A stretch of DNA of 64,000 nt from a virus. The notes below the pieces were generated by a model. It searched no databases. It was not told the origin of the DNA and saw only the letters and a program-made list of their open reading frames with translations. Positions 1 through 8,897 of the stretch are shown here, one piece after another. Both the position numbers and the translations under genes were made by a program. How positions within the stretch are numbered: the stretch's first letter is position 1; the number at the start of each line of letters is the position of its first letter. The stretch lies in IMG/VR virus record IMGVR_UViG_3300005831_000023. The stretch is one strand, 5' to 3'.

Positions 1-1448
1 CACAACAAGAGGTTATAACAGACTGGAGACAAATAGGTCTAGGAATATTTGGACTAGCTGATATGCTTATTAAAATGCAAATTAGATATGGTTCGGATGA
101 ATCAATTGATGTTTGTAGGAATATAGCTCATGCAATGGTTAATAAAGCTGTTGAGACTTCTGCTTTACTTGCTAAGGATCAGGGAACTTATAAAATGTAC
201 AATAAAGAAGCTATTTTAAAAAGTGAATTCTTAAAATATAATTGCTCAAATGAAACTATTGACTTAGTAAGACAATATGGACTTAGAAACTCTCAGTTAT
301 TAACTATAGCGCCAACAGGATCACTCTCAACTTTATTTGGAGTTAGTGGTGGTATTGAACCTATTTTTGAAACTCATTATACAAGGAAGACAGAATCATT
401 ACATGGTGAAGATGTATACTATGACGTGTTTACGCCAATTGTTGATAAGTATATGAAACTTAAAAATATAACAAAAGAAGAGTTGCCAGACTTTTTTGTA
501 ACTTCTATGAATTTAGATTACAAAGAGAGAATTAAAATGCAAGCTGTTTGGCAAAGATCAATTGATGCTAGTATTAGTTCTACTGTTAACTTAAACGAAG
601 ATGCAACAATAGAAGATGTTGAAGAGTTATATATGTTAGCATGGGAACATAGTTTAAAGGGTATTACAGTGTTTAGGAACAATTGTAAAAGATTAGGCAT
701 ACTAACTACTCCAATGAAGAAAGAACCTGTTGTAGAGCCTGCAAATGTTGTTGAGAGCGTAACATATGCAAACAATTCACAAGTTCATTATATAGATTCT
801 AATGGAAAATCTATTGAAATAAAAGTTGATACTAAACAACAAGAATTAGAAGTTCCAACAGGTTTACTATATACAAAATATAAGCTTAGAACAGGATGTG
901 GAAATCTCTATTTATTTGTTGGAGCGGACTACAAAAATAAGAAAATTTACGATATTTTCGTAAATACTGATGGAACTAGTGGCTGTATGGTTAATACTAT
1001 ATCAAATGCTAGGTTAATTTCGAAATTATTAAGATTAGGATGTCCTCTAGAAGATATTGTAAAACAATTAAATAGCTCTGGAACTTGTAATAGTTATACT
1101 AATTCTAGAACTAAACAACTTGCGTACAATGAAATGTTGAAAAAAGATATCAGTGATAATTTGAAGAAAGAATTGGAAAATAAAATAGGCGTTCCAATTT
1201 CAAAAGGTAAATCCTGCTCAAGTGCTATTGCCAACATTCTTATTGATATTAACAATAAGTTTATATCAAAAAATAATGAGGCTGCTGCTACTGATCCATT
1301 AGTAGTTAACCTACCTTATTTTCCAGTTACAAATAATGTAATTATTAAACCTTTAAGTTATGAAAATATTGAATGTAAACACGAAAACATGAGATTTCAA
1401 GAAGGTTGTAATGTCTGCCCAGATTGTGGATATTCAAAATGTGATTAA
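1..1448 (+). CDS. nrdJ: Ribonucleotide reductase, class II (B12-dependent, NrdJ-like), C-terminal part; 5' end lies outside the window
   Basis: The reading frame stays open upstream of the M at 63 back to the window start (..RQIGLGIFGLADML). Motifs TIAPTGSLS, SISSTVNL and GITVFR are present. There is a Cys-rich TSCPD-type insert (RTGCGNLY..DGTSGCMVN) and a C-terminal CxxC zinc ribbon (CNVCPDCGYSKC). Confidence 0.85.
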   Translation, partial: QQEVITDWRQIGLGIFGLADMLIKMQIRYGSDESIDVCRNIAHAMVNKAVETSALLAKDQGTYKMYNKEAILKSEFLKYNCSNETIDLVRQYGLRNSQLLTIAPTGSLSTLFGVSGGIEPIFETHYTRKTESLHGEDVYYDVFTPIVDKYMKLKNITKEELPDFFVTSMNLDYKERIKMQAVWQRSIDASISSTVNLNEDATIEDVEELYMLAWEHSLKGITVFRNNCKRLGILTTPMKKEPVVEPANVVESVTYANNSQVHYIDSNGKSIEIKVDTKQQELEVPTGLLYTKYKLRTGCGNLYLFVGADYKNKKIYDIFVNTDGTSGCMVNTISNARLISKLLRLGCPLEDIVKQLNSSGTCNSYTNSRTKQLAYNEMLKKDISDNLKKELENKIGVPISKGKSCSSAIANILIDINNKFISKNNEAAATDPLVVNLPYFPVTNNVIIKPLSYENIECKHENMRFQEGCNVCPDCGYSKCD

Positions 1449-1561
1449 AGATGAGTTTAATAATTAACATTAGTACTTATTTAGAAGTTGAAATGAGTAA
1501 AATAATTGACATTTATGCTTAATTTATATCAAAAAATAAGCACGAAAGTAAAGGAATTAAT

Positions 1562-2062
1562 ATGAATATTAAAGTTGAAATTTGTACTGAAGGAGTATCA
1601 CTTCCGTTTTATGCAAATGAAGGCGATGCAGGAATGGACATTAGAAGTGCTGTTGATATGATAATTGCACCACAACAAACTGTTGTTATACCAACAGGAT
1701 TAAAGATGGCAATACCTAAAGGGTATGAACTCCAAGTACGTGCTAGAAGTGGTTTAAGCCTTAATACACCACTTAGAATTTCAAATGGTATCGGTACTAT
1801 AGATAGTGGTTTTAGAGATGAAATTGGTATTATAGTGACTAATACGTCAATGAAAACTGATAATGACCAATATACTATACAAGAAGCATTCTACACTGAT
1901 TCTAAAGGAAATAACCATGGTTCTTATATAATTAGAAAAGGTGATAGAATTGCTCAAATTGTACTCAATCAAATTCCCACAATTGAATTTGAATTAGTTG
2001 AAGACGTTAAAAACTTTGGAATAGATAGAAATGGTGGATTGGGTAGTACTGGTACTAAATAA
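1562..2062 (+). CDS. dut: dUTP pyrophosphatase (trimeric dUTPase)
   Basis: Motifs GDAGMDIRS, RSGLS, GTIDSGFRDEIG, GDRIAQ and a C-terminal GGLGSTG. SD-like AAAGGA lies upstream of the ATG. Confidence 0.9.
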   Translation: MNIKVEICTEGVSLPFYANEGDAGMDIRSAVDMIIAPQQTVVIPTGLKMAIPKGYELQVRARSGLSLNTPLRISNGIGTIDSGFRDEIGIIVTNTSMKTDNDQYTIQEAFYTDSKGNNHGSYIIRKGDRIAQIVLNQIPTIEFELVEDVKNFGIDRNGGLGSTGTK

Positions 2063-2107
2063 GACTAGAGTGGATATTATTCCACTCTTTACAAAGGAGA
2101 GTTTATT

Positions 2108-2845
2108 ATGTTTCTAACTGAAAATAAAGTAAGTTTAATAAACGAAAATCTAATTAATGAACCTAATATATTAAAAACAATAGAAAAATGTACAAGACTT
2201 TGTTATGATTCTGGACATCTTACAACTCAAGATTCATATAAAAAAATAACTAAAAGTATTATAGATCACAATCATTTAGCAATGTTAGAGCATTATAGTT
2301 TATCATTCGAAATAACTTGTAGTCGTGGTTGTAGCATGGAGATTATAAGACATAGAATGGCAAGCTACGCTCAAAAATCCACAAGATACATTAATTCAAC
2401 TAAAAGAAATTTTAATATCATTAATCCATACTGGACAAAACTAGAACTCGGAGAATATATTTATATCCAAGCTCCAAACATGTTTCAAACAGATGAGATT
2501 GCTATTATTAAAAATGGCGAACAAAATATAGTTACTCATGCATTTAATGAGCTTGACTGGAATTTGCCACACAATCAATTTTTAAGAATGTGCTTAATGT
2601 CAGAGAAATTTTACTTTGAAACTATGACAATGAATAATTCACCTCAAGATTGTAAGTGCTTTATATTAGATTGTTTTGAAACTACTATAGTAATGACTGC
2701 TAATATCCGAGAATGGATTCATTTTATTAATTTAAGATATTATGAAACTACTGGAAAAGTATATCCAGAAATGAAAAAAGTAGCTGAAATGATATTAGAT
2801 ATTCTAAGCATAAAATTACCATTTGTATTTAAAAGAGGTGAATAA
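2108..2845 (+). CDS. thyX: Flavin-dependent thymidylate synthase ThyX
   Basis: ThyX signature RHRMASYAQKSTRY (RHRxxSxxxxSxR) and HLAMLEH. SD AAGGAGAG lies upstream. Confidence 0.9.
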   Translation: MFLTENKVSLINENLINEPNILKTIEKCTRLCYDSGHLTTQDSYKKITKSIIDHNHLAMLEHYSLSFEITCSRGCSMEIIRHRMASYAQKSTRYINSTKRNFNIINPYWTKLELGEYIYIQAPNMFQTDEIAIIKNGEQNIVTHAFNELDWNLPHNQFLRMCLMSEKFYFETMTMNNSPQDCKCFILDCFETTIVMTANIREWIHFINLRYYETTGKVYPEMKKVAEMILDILSIKLPFVFKRGE

Positions 2846-2847
2846 TT

Positions 2848-3384
2848 ATGAATTACTTATATTGTATAATTGGAAAGTCTGGAGTGGGTAAAACTACTGT
2901 TGCTACTGCATTACAACAAGAATATGGGTTGAAGTCAATTGATTCTTATACAACTAGACCTCGCAGATCAGAGAATGAAGTTGGTCATATATTTGTTAGC
3001 AATAAAGAATTCGAAGTTATAAATCAAGATTTAGTTGCATATACATTTTTTGATAATAATCATTATGGAGTTACCTTAGATCAAATAGAAGAATCGGATA
3101 TATATGTTGTTGATTGGGTTGGATATCAAGATTTACTCAAAAACTATGAGGGTAATAAAATTATAAAATCAGTGTATTTAGATGCAAAAGAATCAGTATT
3201 GTTAAGTAGAATGTTGAGACGAGAAAATGATTATCTTAAAGCTCAAACAAGAATTCATCATGATAAAATGAAATTCAACAAGATTAAAAAGAAGTGTGAT
3301 TATTGTATTGAGAATACTTTGTTAAATAAAACTATACAAGAATTCAAGCGCATTATGGACTACAACAATTCTTTGAAAGGCTAA
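2848..3384 (+). CDS. Guanylate-kinase-like nucleoside monophosphate kinase
   Basis: P-loop GKSGVGKTT followed by a guanylate-kinase-type SYTTRPRRxxExxGxxFVS segment. The gene is tightly coupled to thyX (2-nt gap). Confidence 0.7.
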   Translation: MNYLYCIIGKSGVGKTTVATALQQEYGLKSIDSYTTRPRRSENEVGHIFVSNKEFEVINQDLVAYTFFDNNHYGVTLDQIEESDIYVVDWVGYQDLLKNYEGNKIIKSVYLDAKESVLLSRMLRRENDYLKAQTRIHHDKMKFNKIKKKCDYCIENTLLNKTIQEFKRIMDYNNSLKG

Positions 3385-3388
3385 TGCT

Positions 3389-6300
3389 ATGAGATATAAT
3401 AACTACCATAAGCATACACACGAGTCAAATATTAAAACTTTAGATTGTGTAGTCAAACCAATTGACTATATTAAACATAGCCTTAATTTAGGTCATACAA
3501 GCTATTCTAGCGTTGAACATGGTTGGACTGGTAAATACATGTTAAATTATGATTTATGTGTAGAAAATGGATTAAAATTGATATATGGAGTAGAAGCATA
3601 CATTGTATTAGATAGATTCCAAAAAGATAAGTCTAATGCACATATAATTATTATAGCCTTAAATAGATTTGGATTTAAGCAATTAAATTTAATGCTGTCA
3701 GAAGCAAATAAGACTGGTCTATACTATAAAACTAGAATAGACTTGGAATTATTACTTAAACTTAATCCAGATGATTTTATAGTCACTACAGCTTGCTTGG
3801 GTGGAATAGCAAATGCTAAATATAATCTAGACTTTATTGATCCAATCCATAATCATTTCGGGAACCATTTCTATTTAGAGATTCAAAATCATATATCAAA
3901 TGAGCAAGCAGAATTAAATACTAGACTCCATAAGCTATCAATTGATAGGAATATAGAGCTAATACATGCAAATGATAGTCATTATATATTAGGATCAGAT
4001 AGTAAGTATAGAGATTTATTATTGAAAGGCAAAGGCATAAATTACGCTGTAGAAGATGGATTTAAGCTTGATTATCCAGATTATGATGTTATATTAGATA
4101 GATATAATAAACAAGGTGTATTAGCCTCTAAAACGGTAATTAAAGCTATACAAAATACATTGATATTTGATAACTGTGAAGATTTGAAATTTAATAAAGA
4201 AATTAAGATGCCAGCTTTCAAATGCAATGATACTACAAAAGAACTCAAAAAGATATTGAACAAAAAATATAAACAATCTGATGATAGAGATGTTTCTAGG
4301 AATAAAGAATATATAAAGTGTATTAAAGATGAACTTGATATAATAGTTAATACAAATATGCAAGATTATTTTTTGTATAACGAAAAGATAATTAGAGTTT
4401 CAAAAGAAGATTATAACTTAGTTCTAACTAGAACAGGAAGAGGGTCGTGCGTAAGTTTTTATTTAAATAAACTATTAGGATTCACAGAGATTGATAGACT
4501 TGTAAGCCCTATAACTCTATATCCTACAAGATTTATGTCAATTGAAAGAATATTATCTACTAAGAGTTTACCAGACATAGACTTTAATTGTGCCAATGTA
4601 GAACCAGTTGTAAAAGCTTCTAAACAAATTCTTGGCGAGAATGGTATTTATCAGATGATTGCTTTTGGTACTATGCAGAAGTCAGAAGCATTTCGAAACA
4701 TGTGTAGAGCATTAGATTTAGATATAGAATTATATAATGAAGTTGCAAAAGACTTAGATCAATATTCAGAACATCCAGATTGGAAAGATATAATTGAATC
4801 ATCAAAAGTATTTATTGGTACTATAGACAAGATATCTCCAGCGCCATGTTCTTATCTAATGATGGATAAGGATATATCAGAAGAGATTGGATTAATCAGA
4901 GTAAATAATCTTATTTGTTGTGCAATGGATGGAATGACCGCAGAAGTATTTAAATACCTCAAGAACGACTTCTTAGTAGTAAAAGTATGGGATATAATAT
5001 CTAAAACTTTTGAGGCTATAAACAAGCCTATACCCAATATCAAGCAACTAGAAGAATTACTTGATAATAAAGTTTGGGATTTATACGAAAATGGTCTTAC
5101 AGCTACACTAAACCAAGTTGAGACACAGTTATCAACAGGATTAGTCAAACAATATAAGCCTAAAAGTGTAGCAGAACTTTCAGCATTTGTTGCTTCTATT
5201 AGACCAGGATTCGCAAGTCTAGTGAATAAATTTATATCTAGAGAATACCATACAACAGGTATCAAAGAATTAGATGATTTATTAGAAGATAGTTACCATT
5301 ATATGTTATACCAAGAATCTATCATGAAATTTCTAATATGGTGTGGTATAAAGGAATCTGAGACATACGACATCATCAAAAAGATTGCTAAAAAGAAATT
5401 TAAAGAGCATGAATTAATAGAGCTTAAAACTAAACTAATAAATGGATTTAAGGCTAAAACAAATGAAGTTGATAAGTTTAATGAAGTTTGGCAAGTAGTA
5501 GAAGATGCAGCCAATTACAGCTTTAATGCTAGTCATAGTTTATCTGTAGCATATGACAGTTTATACCAAGCTTATCTTAAGGCTAATTATACTATAGAAT
5601 ATTTTACTGTTTGTTTAAATATTTTCAAAGAAGACTTAGAGAAGACCAACAGGATAATAGATGAATTAGATCATTTTAATATAAAATTATTCTCGGTTGA
5701 TTTTGAGCATTGCAATGATGATTATTCATTTGATAAAGAAACTCAGACTATTTATCGAAGTGTATTGTCTATTAAAGGTTTTGGAGAAAAGACTAATATT
5801 AGTTATATAATTAATAAGCTTAACAAGAATAAATTTGATGATTTCATAGACTTACTAAATGCATTGATAGAGAATGGGTTACAACAATCAAAGATCAATA
5901 TATTAATCAAACTTAACTTCTTTAAAAAGTTTGGAGATATTAATTACTTACTAGAAGTATCTAGAATATATAATCTATATAATACTACTAAGATACTATC
6001 AAAAGAGAAAATTGAGAAAGCTAATTTAAATATAGAAATTGTTAAAAAGCACTTTAAAAAAGAGACTGAAAAAAGCTATTCAGATATAGAATCCAATGTA
6101 AATTTTATTAAAGATATTTGTATAGATATAAAATATGAAAATTCCGATATAATAGATATTATACAATATGAAATGCTTTACTATGACATGATTACAAGTA
6201 CATTCAAGATTAGCAAATCAGTATATTATGTTCAAGATATTTTAGGAAAAAAGTCTAAAACTATTAAATGCTATAATCTTAAAACTGGTAAAACAATTAT

Positions 6301-6514
6301 GTTTAAATTAGATTATAGAGTAATATTTAATTCCAAAAAGAATATGTATAATTATAATAAAGTGTTAATAACTAAAAATACATTTATAAAAATTATAAAA
6401 TCTGAGTGGCAAGACAAGATGATGCTAGTTGATAGTAAATGGATACCAAGCGGTGAAAAAATATTAGCAATAAAAAGGTTCGATGGGTTAAATAATAAGC
6501 TTCAAACTATGTAA
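3389..6514 (+). CDS. dnaE: DNA polymerase III alpha subunit (DnaE-type, N-terminal PHP domain)
   Basis: 1041 aa. N-terminal PHP-like YHKHTHES..VEHG. DnaE-type motifs IRPG, YQESIM and SFNASHSLSVAY (FNKSH-like). Confidence 0.85.
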   Translation: MRYNNYHKHTHESNIKTLDCVVKPIDYIKHSLNLGHTSYSSVEHGWTGKYMLNYDLCVENGLKLIYGVEAYIVLDRFQKDKSNAHIIIIALNRFGFKQLNLMLSEANKTGLYYKTRIDLELLLKLNPDDFIVTTACLGGIANAKYNLDFIDPIHNHFGNHFYLEIQNHISNEQAELNTRLHKLSIDRNIELIHANDSHYILGSDSKYRDLLLKGKGINYAVEDGFKLDYPDYDVILDRYNKQGVLASKTVIKAIQNTLIFDNCEDLKFNKEIKMPAFKCNDTTKELKKILNKKYKQSDDRDVSRNKEYIKCIKDELDIIVNTNMQDYFLYNEKIIRVSKEDYNLVLTRTGRGSCVSFYLNKLLGFTEIDRLVSPITLYPTRFMSIERILSTKSLPDIDFNCANVEPVVKASKQILGENGIYQMIAFGTMQKSEAFRNMCRALDLDIELYNEVAKDLDQYSEHPDWKDIIESSKVFIGTIDKISPAPCSYLMMDKDISEEIGLIRVNNLICCAMDGMTAEVFKYLKNDFLVVKVWDIISKTFEAINKPIPNIKQLEELLDNKVWDLYENGLTATLNQVETQLSTGLVKQYKPKSVAELSAFVASIRPGFASLVNKFISREYHTTGIKELDDLLEDSYHYMLYQESIMKFLIWCGIKESETYDIIKKIAKKKFKEHELIELKTKLINGFKAKTNEVDKFNEVWQVVEDAANYSFNASHSLSVAYDSLYQAYLKANYTIEYFTVCLNIFKEDLEKTNRIIDELDHFNIKLFSVDFEHCNDDYSFDKETQTIYRSVLSIKGFGEKTNISYIINKLNKNKFDDFIDLLNALIENGLQQSKINILIKLNFFKKFGDINYLLEVSRIYNLYNTTKILSKEKIEKANLNIEIVKKHFKKETEKSYSDIESNVNFIKDICIDIKYENSDIIDIIQYEMLYYDMITSTFKISKSVYYVQDILGKKSKTIKCYNLKTGKTIMFKLDYRVIFNSKKNMYNYNKVLITKNTFIKIIKSEWQDKMMLVDSKWIPSGEKILAIKRFDGLNNKLQTM

Positions 6515-6530
6515 ATAGGATAATTATTAC

Positions 6531-6559
6531 TTGATATGTTTTATGCAACATGTTAAAAT
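6531..6559 (+). promoter_or_regulatory. Sigma-A-type promoter candidate upstream of the acidic protein gene
   Basis: TTGATA (6531-6536), 17-nt spacer, TAAAAT (6554-6559). Located about 40 nt upstream of the SD/ATG at 6597. Confidence 0.45.
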
Positions 6560-6596
6560 ATAAATTGAATACAATATTATTATTGGAGGATTTCAT

Positions 6597-6950
6597 ATGA
6601 AAATCAAATTAAATTTCTACATAGACATTGGCAATCAATTAAAGCCAACAGAAGTGTCTAGTCTAATGAGCGACTTAAATCGTCAAGTATTAAATAATCT
6701 AGTTTTAAACTCAAAAGTATTAGGAATTGAAGTATTATCAACTAATAAGGAATTTGAAGCATATATGCCAGAACTTACTAGTTGTAATGAGTGCAAAAAT
6801 AAATGTGAAGAATGTGAAGAAGATGTTGAGGAAACTGAAACTGAGAGCGATGTTGAATATATTGATATGTCAGATATTTCAACAGATGAATTATTAGAGG
6901 AGTTGCGTTCTAGAATTGAACAAGGCAATGAAGAAGAGGACGAAGAATAA
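6597..6950 (+). CDS. Small, highly acidic hypothetical protein (Cys cluster plus Glu/Asp-rich tail)
   Basis: SD GGAGGA lies 6 nt upstream of the ATG. The C-terminal half is dominated by E/D (EECEEDVEETETESDVEY..EEEDEE). Confidence 0.65.
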   Translation: MKIKLNFYIDIGNQLKPTEVSSLMSDLNRQVLNNLVLNSKVLGIEVLSTNKEFEAYMPELTSCNECKNKCEECEEDVEETETESDVEYIDMSDISTDELLEELRSRIEQGNEEEDEE

Positions 6951-6956
6951 TTCGCC

Positions 6957-7229
6957 CTATATATAACTACCAACTATATTCTTATCATCATTATGTTGTC
7001 TAGGCATAAATACTAGACCATGTGATTCGAAATAAGATTTACAAACATTTAAATCTTCGAATTTCTTAATTGTACTAGTAGTTTTTACACTTCCTTTACT
7101 TACTTCAAATAATCTTGATACTATGCTTTCTGGATAGTCTAAAGGTTGCTTATATATAGCATATATGTATATAGTATTATTTGTATTATTACATATTATT
7201 ATATCTTGTTTTTCAATGTCACCTTGCAA
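6957..7229 (-). CDS. Hypothetical protein (90 aa), convergent with the early operon
   Basis: Protein-like composition (..IYAIYKQPLDYPESIVSRLFEV..HGLVFMPRQHNDDKNIVGSYI). SD AGGAAGGTG lies upstream on the minus strand. Confidence 0.55.
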   Translation of the reverse strand: MQGDIEKQDIIICNNTNNTIYIYAIYKQPLDYPESIVSRLFEVSKGSVKTTSTIKKFEDLNVCKSYFESHGLVFMPRQHNDDKNIVGSYI

Positions 7230-7355
7230 ATTTTATTCACCTTCCTTTCTATTTCATATTACTACAACCAAAACTTTTTTTCAAATTAACTTTTTTGGTT
7301 AAATTGTTTTGGTATAAATTTAATAATTAATTTAATATGTTTATTGAAAGATATG

Positions 7356-7390
7356 AACCTATGAACTTATATATTAAATATTCATAGGTT
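7356..7390. promoter_or_regulatory. 10-bp perfect inverted repeat (operator or terminator candidate) in a divergent intergenic region
   Basis: AACCTATGAA (7356-7365) and TTCATAGGTT (7381-7390) separated by 15 nt. TTGACT at 7424-7429 follows, upstream of the recU-like gene. Confidence 0.35.
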
Positions 7391-7485
7391 TACATCTATT
7401 TTACAATAGTCTATTGACTAAGTGTATTAATTTAACATAAAGTCCATCGACTTTGCGTTAAAAAAATAAATTAGAGGTATTTTAT

Positions 7486-7983
7486 ATGAATGTTGGTAAA
7501 AACTTTGAGAATCAGTTTAGGAAATCAGTTCCAAAAGATGTACTATATTACAGAAATAAAGATACCGACCTATCTTGGTGTGGTGGTAATAGTAAGTTTA
7601 CTCCAAAAAGTGAATTTGATTGTTTATTATTTGATGGATATAATTTATTTATATTAGAACTTAAGTCTACTAAAGAATCAAGGATAAGTTTTGGAGATAA
7701 CGGAATGATTAAGACCCACCAGATCAGATCATTAAATTCTTATTCGCACTATAAAAATTGTATTTCTGGATTTATATTTAATTTCAGAGATAATTCAAAC
7801 TTTACTTGTTTTTTGAGCGTTCGAGATTTTGATATGATAACAACAGATACCGAGAAGAAATCAGTTAATATTAAAGAGATCGCCAAATATTGTATTCCAA
7901 TAGATAATAAACTACTTAGAATACAGTATTCATATGACATAGCAGGATTTTGTTTGAAATTTGCTGAAAATATTAATGTTTAA
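7486..7983 (+). CDS. recU: RecU-like Holliday junction resolvase (PD-(D/E)xK nuclease)
   Basis: N-terminal GKNFENQF. Catalytic-type segment FDCLLFDGYNLFILELKSTKE (D..D..ExK), then SF..HQI as in RecU. Confidence 0.65.
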   Translation: MNVGKNFENQFRKSVPKDVLYYRNKDTDLSWCGGNSKFTPKSEFDCLLFDGYNLFILELKSTKESRISFGDNGMIKTHQIRSLNSYSHYKNCISGFIFNFRDNSNFTCFLSVRDFDMITTDTEKKSVNIKEIAKYCIPIDNKLLRIQYSYDIAGFCLKFAENINV

Positions 7984-8122
7984 TAGGTTAGAATCTTTAA
8001 ATTGTCCAGAGAATTTTACATTTTTGTAGTATTTTTACAGATATGTACATAAAAAAAGCAATATCAAATATATATTACTTTTTTCAACTATGTACAAACT
8101 AATATGTTTACATTAGTTATCT

Positions 8123-8380
8123 GCTTTCAATATAGCAATTATTAGCTTCAATTCTAACAAATTAGTAAAGCTTAGTATCGTTTCAATGTACAATTGTTTA
8201 ATATTTTCAACTGTTTCAATAATAGCAATTGTTGTCAACTAACCGTCAAGTAACCGTCAAGTAACCGCATGTTTTCAGCTTTCAATATACAATTGTCGTT
8301 TATGTCTGCTTGCAACATAGCAATTATTAAATCTAAATTAATATCAGTTTCAATATACAATTGTTTAAATATTTTCAACT
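8123..8380. repeat. Decayed CRISPR-repeat-like units plus an 11-nt tandem repeat flanking the array
   Basis: Six units resemble the CRISPR repeat around a CAATTG core: 8123-8152, 8180-8212, 8213-8240, 8278-8307, 8308-8335 and 8347-8380. Units 8180-8212 and 8347-8380 are nearly identical to each other, and each abuts a repeat-like unit with no spacer. AACCGTCAAGT occurs as 2 full tandem copies plus a degenerate partial third copy (AACCGCATGT) at 8241-8273. Confidence 0.55.
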
Positions 8381-8671
8381 GTTTCAACATAACAATTGTT
8401 GTTTGCAAACTAATTAAGTTGAATTCAATTTAAATTAATGGTTTGCAGTTTCAACATAACAATTGTTGTTTGCAAACCACATACTAACAAAACAAAAGTT
8501 AAAACTCGAACGTTTCAACATAACAATTGTTGTTTGCAAACGCAGAAATAGTTGGTAATGGTAGTAAAAAAACAAGGTTTCAACATAACAATTGTTGTTT
8601 GCAAACACTGCATTTTTCGATTATTAACCATCCACCATAATGTTTCAACATAACAATTGTTGTTTGCAAAC
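8381..8671 (-). CRISPR. CRISPR array: 5 identical 30-nt repeats and 4 unique spacers
   Basis: Repeat GTTTCAACATAACAATTGTTGTTTGCAAAC at 8381-8410, 8448-8477, 8512-8541, 8577-8606 and 8642-8671. Spacers at 8411-8447 (37 nt), 8478-8511 (34), 8542-8576 (35) and 8607-8641 (35). The strand call is tentative. The minus strand matches the adjacent nuclease gene, places the decayed repeats at the distal end, and gives a repeat ending in GTTGAAAC. Confidence 0.9.
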
Positions 8672-8897
8672 GCTTTTCGAAACTAGCTTTCAAAAATTAC
8701 AAAACCTCTAACTAATCATTACAACTAGCTTTTAAGATTTTGTTCCAAGTACAATTGCATTTTGCTATCCAAGTGGATAGGGTGTCTATATAGTTCTTGG
8801 AAACTCAATAGACTTAACGAGCGGAAGCCAACTACCAAGTAGAATTACGACGAATACTCGCTTTTAGCCGCCAAATCGGCTTAAGTACTATTATATA
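8672..8897 (-). ncRNA. Candidate tracrRNA / omega-RNA-like scaffold (or array leader) between the nuclease stop codon and the array
   Basis: Non-coding and visibly richer in G/C than its surroundings. Hairpins CTATCC-AAGT-GGATAG (8765-8780) and GCCG-CCAAAT-CGGC (8867-8880). ACTTAA/TTAAGT long-range pairing (8812-8817 with 8880-8885). A repeat-like segment GTTCCAAGTACAATTGCATTTTGC at 8742-8765. No T-run terminator after the nuclease gene. Confidence 0.4.

Noticed and set aside
1-6514. Inteins or homing endonucleases in the RNR or Pol III alpha genes
   Set aside because: The Cys-rich insert in NrdJ fits the normal TSCPD domain. No Cys/Ser..HN splice-junction blocks or LAGLIDADG/HNH motifs were seen.
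518-7940. Antisense or overlapping ORFs inside the early genes (518-775, 4081-4263, 4121-4363, 4852-5265, 5299-5514, 6683-6973, 7749-7940)
   Set aside because: Each lies wholly within, and opposite to, a well-supported longer CDS with recognisable motifs. Their products are low-complexity and Ser/Leu/Ile/Phe-rich, as expected from reading AT-rich coding DNA backwards. None has an SD.
8381-8671. Reading the 30-nt repeats as plasmid iterons or parS sites instead of CRISPR
   Set aside because: The repeats are identical and evenly spaced by unique 34-37-nt sequences. They lie next to a TnpB/Cas12f-type nuclease. Two spacers match phage genes elsewhere. Iterons and centromere repeats do not show this pattern. 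Separate iteron-like repeats exist at 11801-11847.
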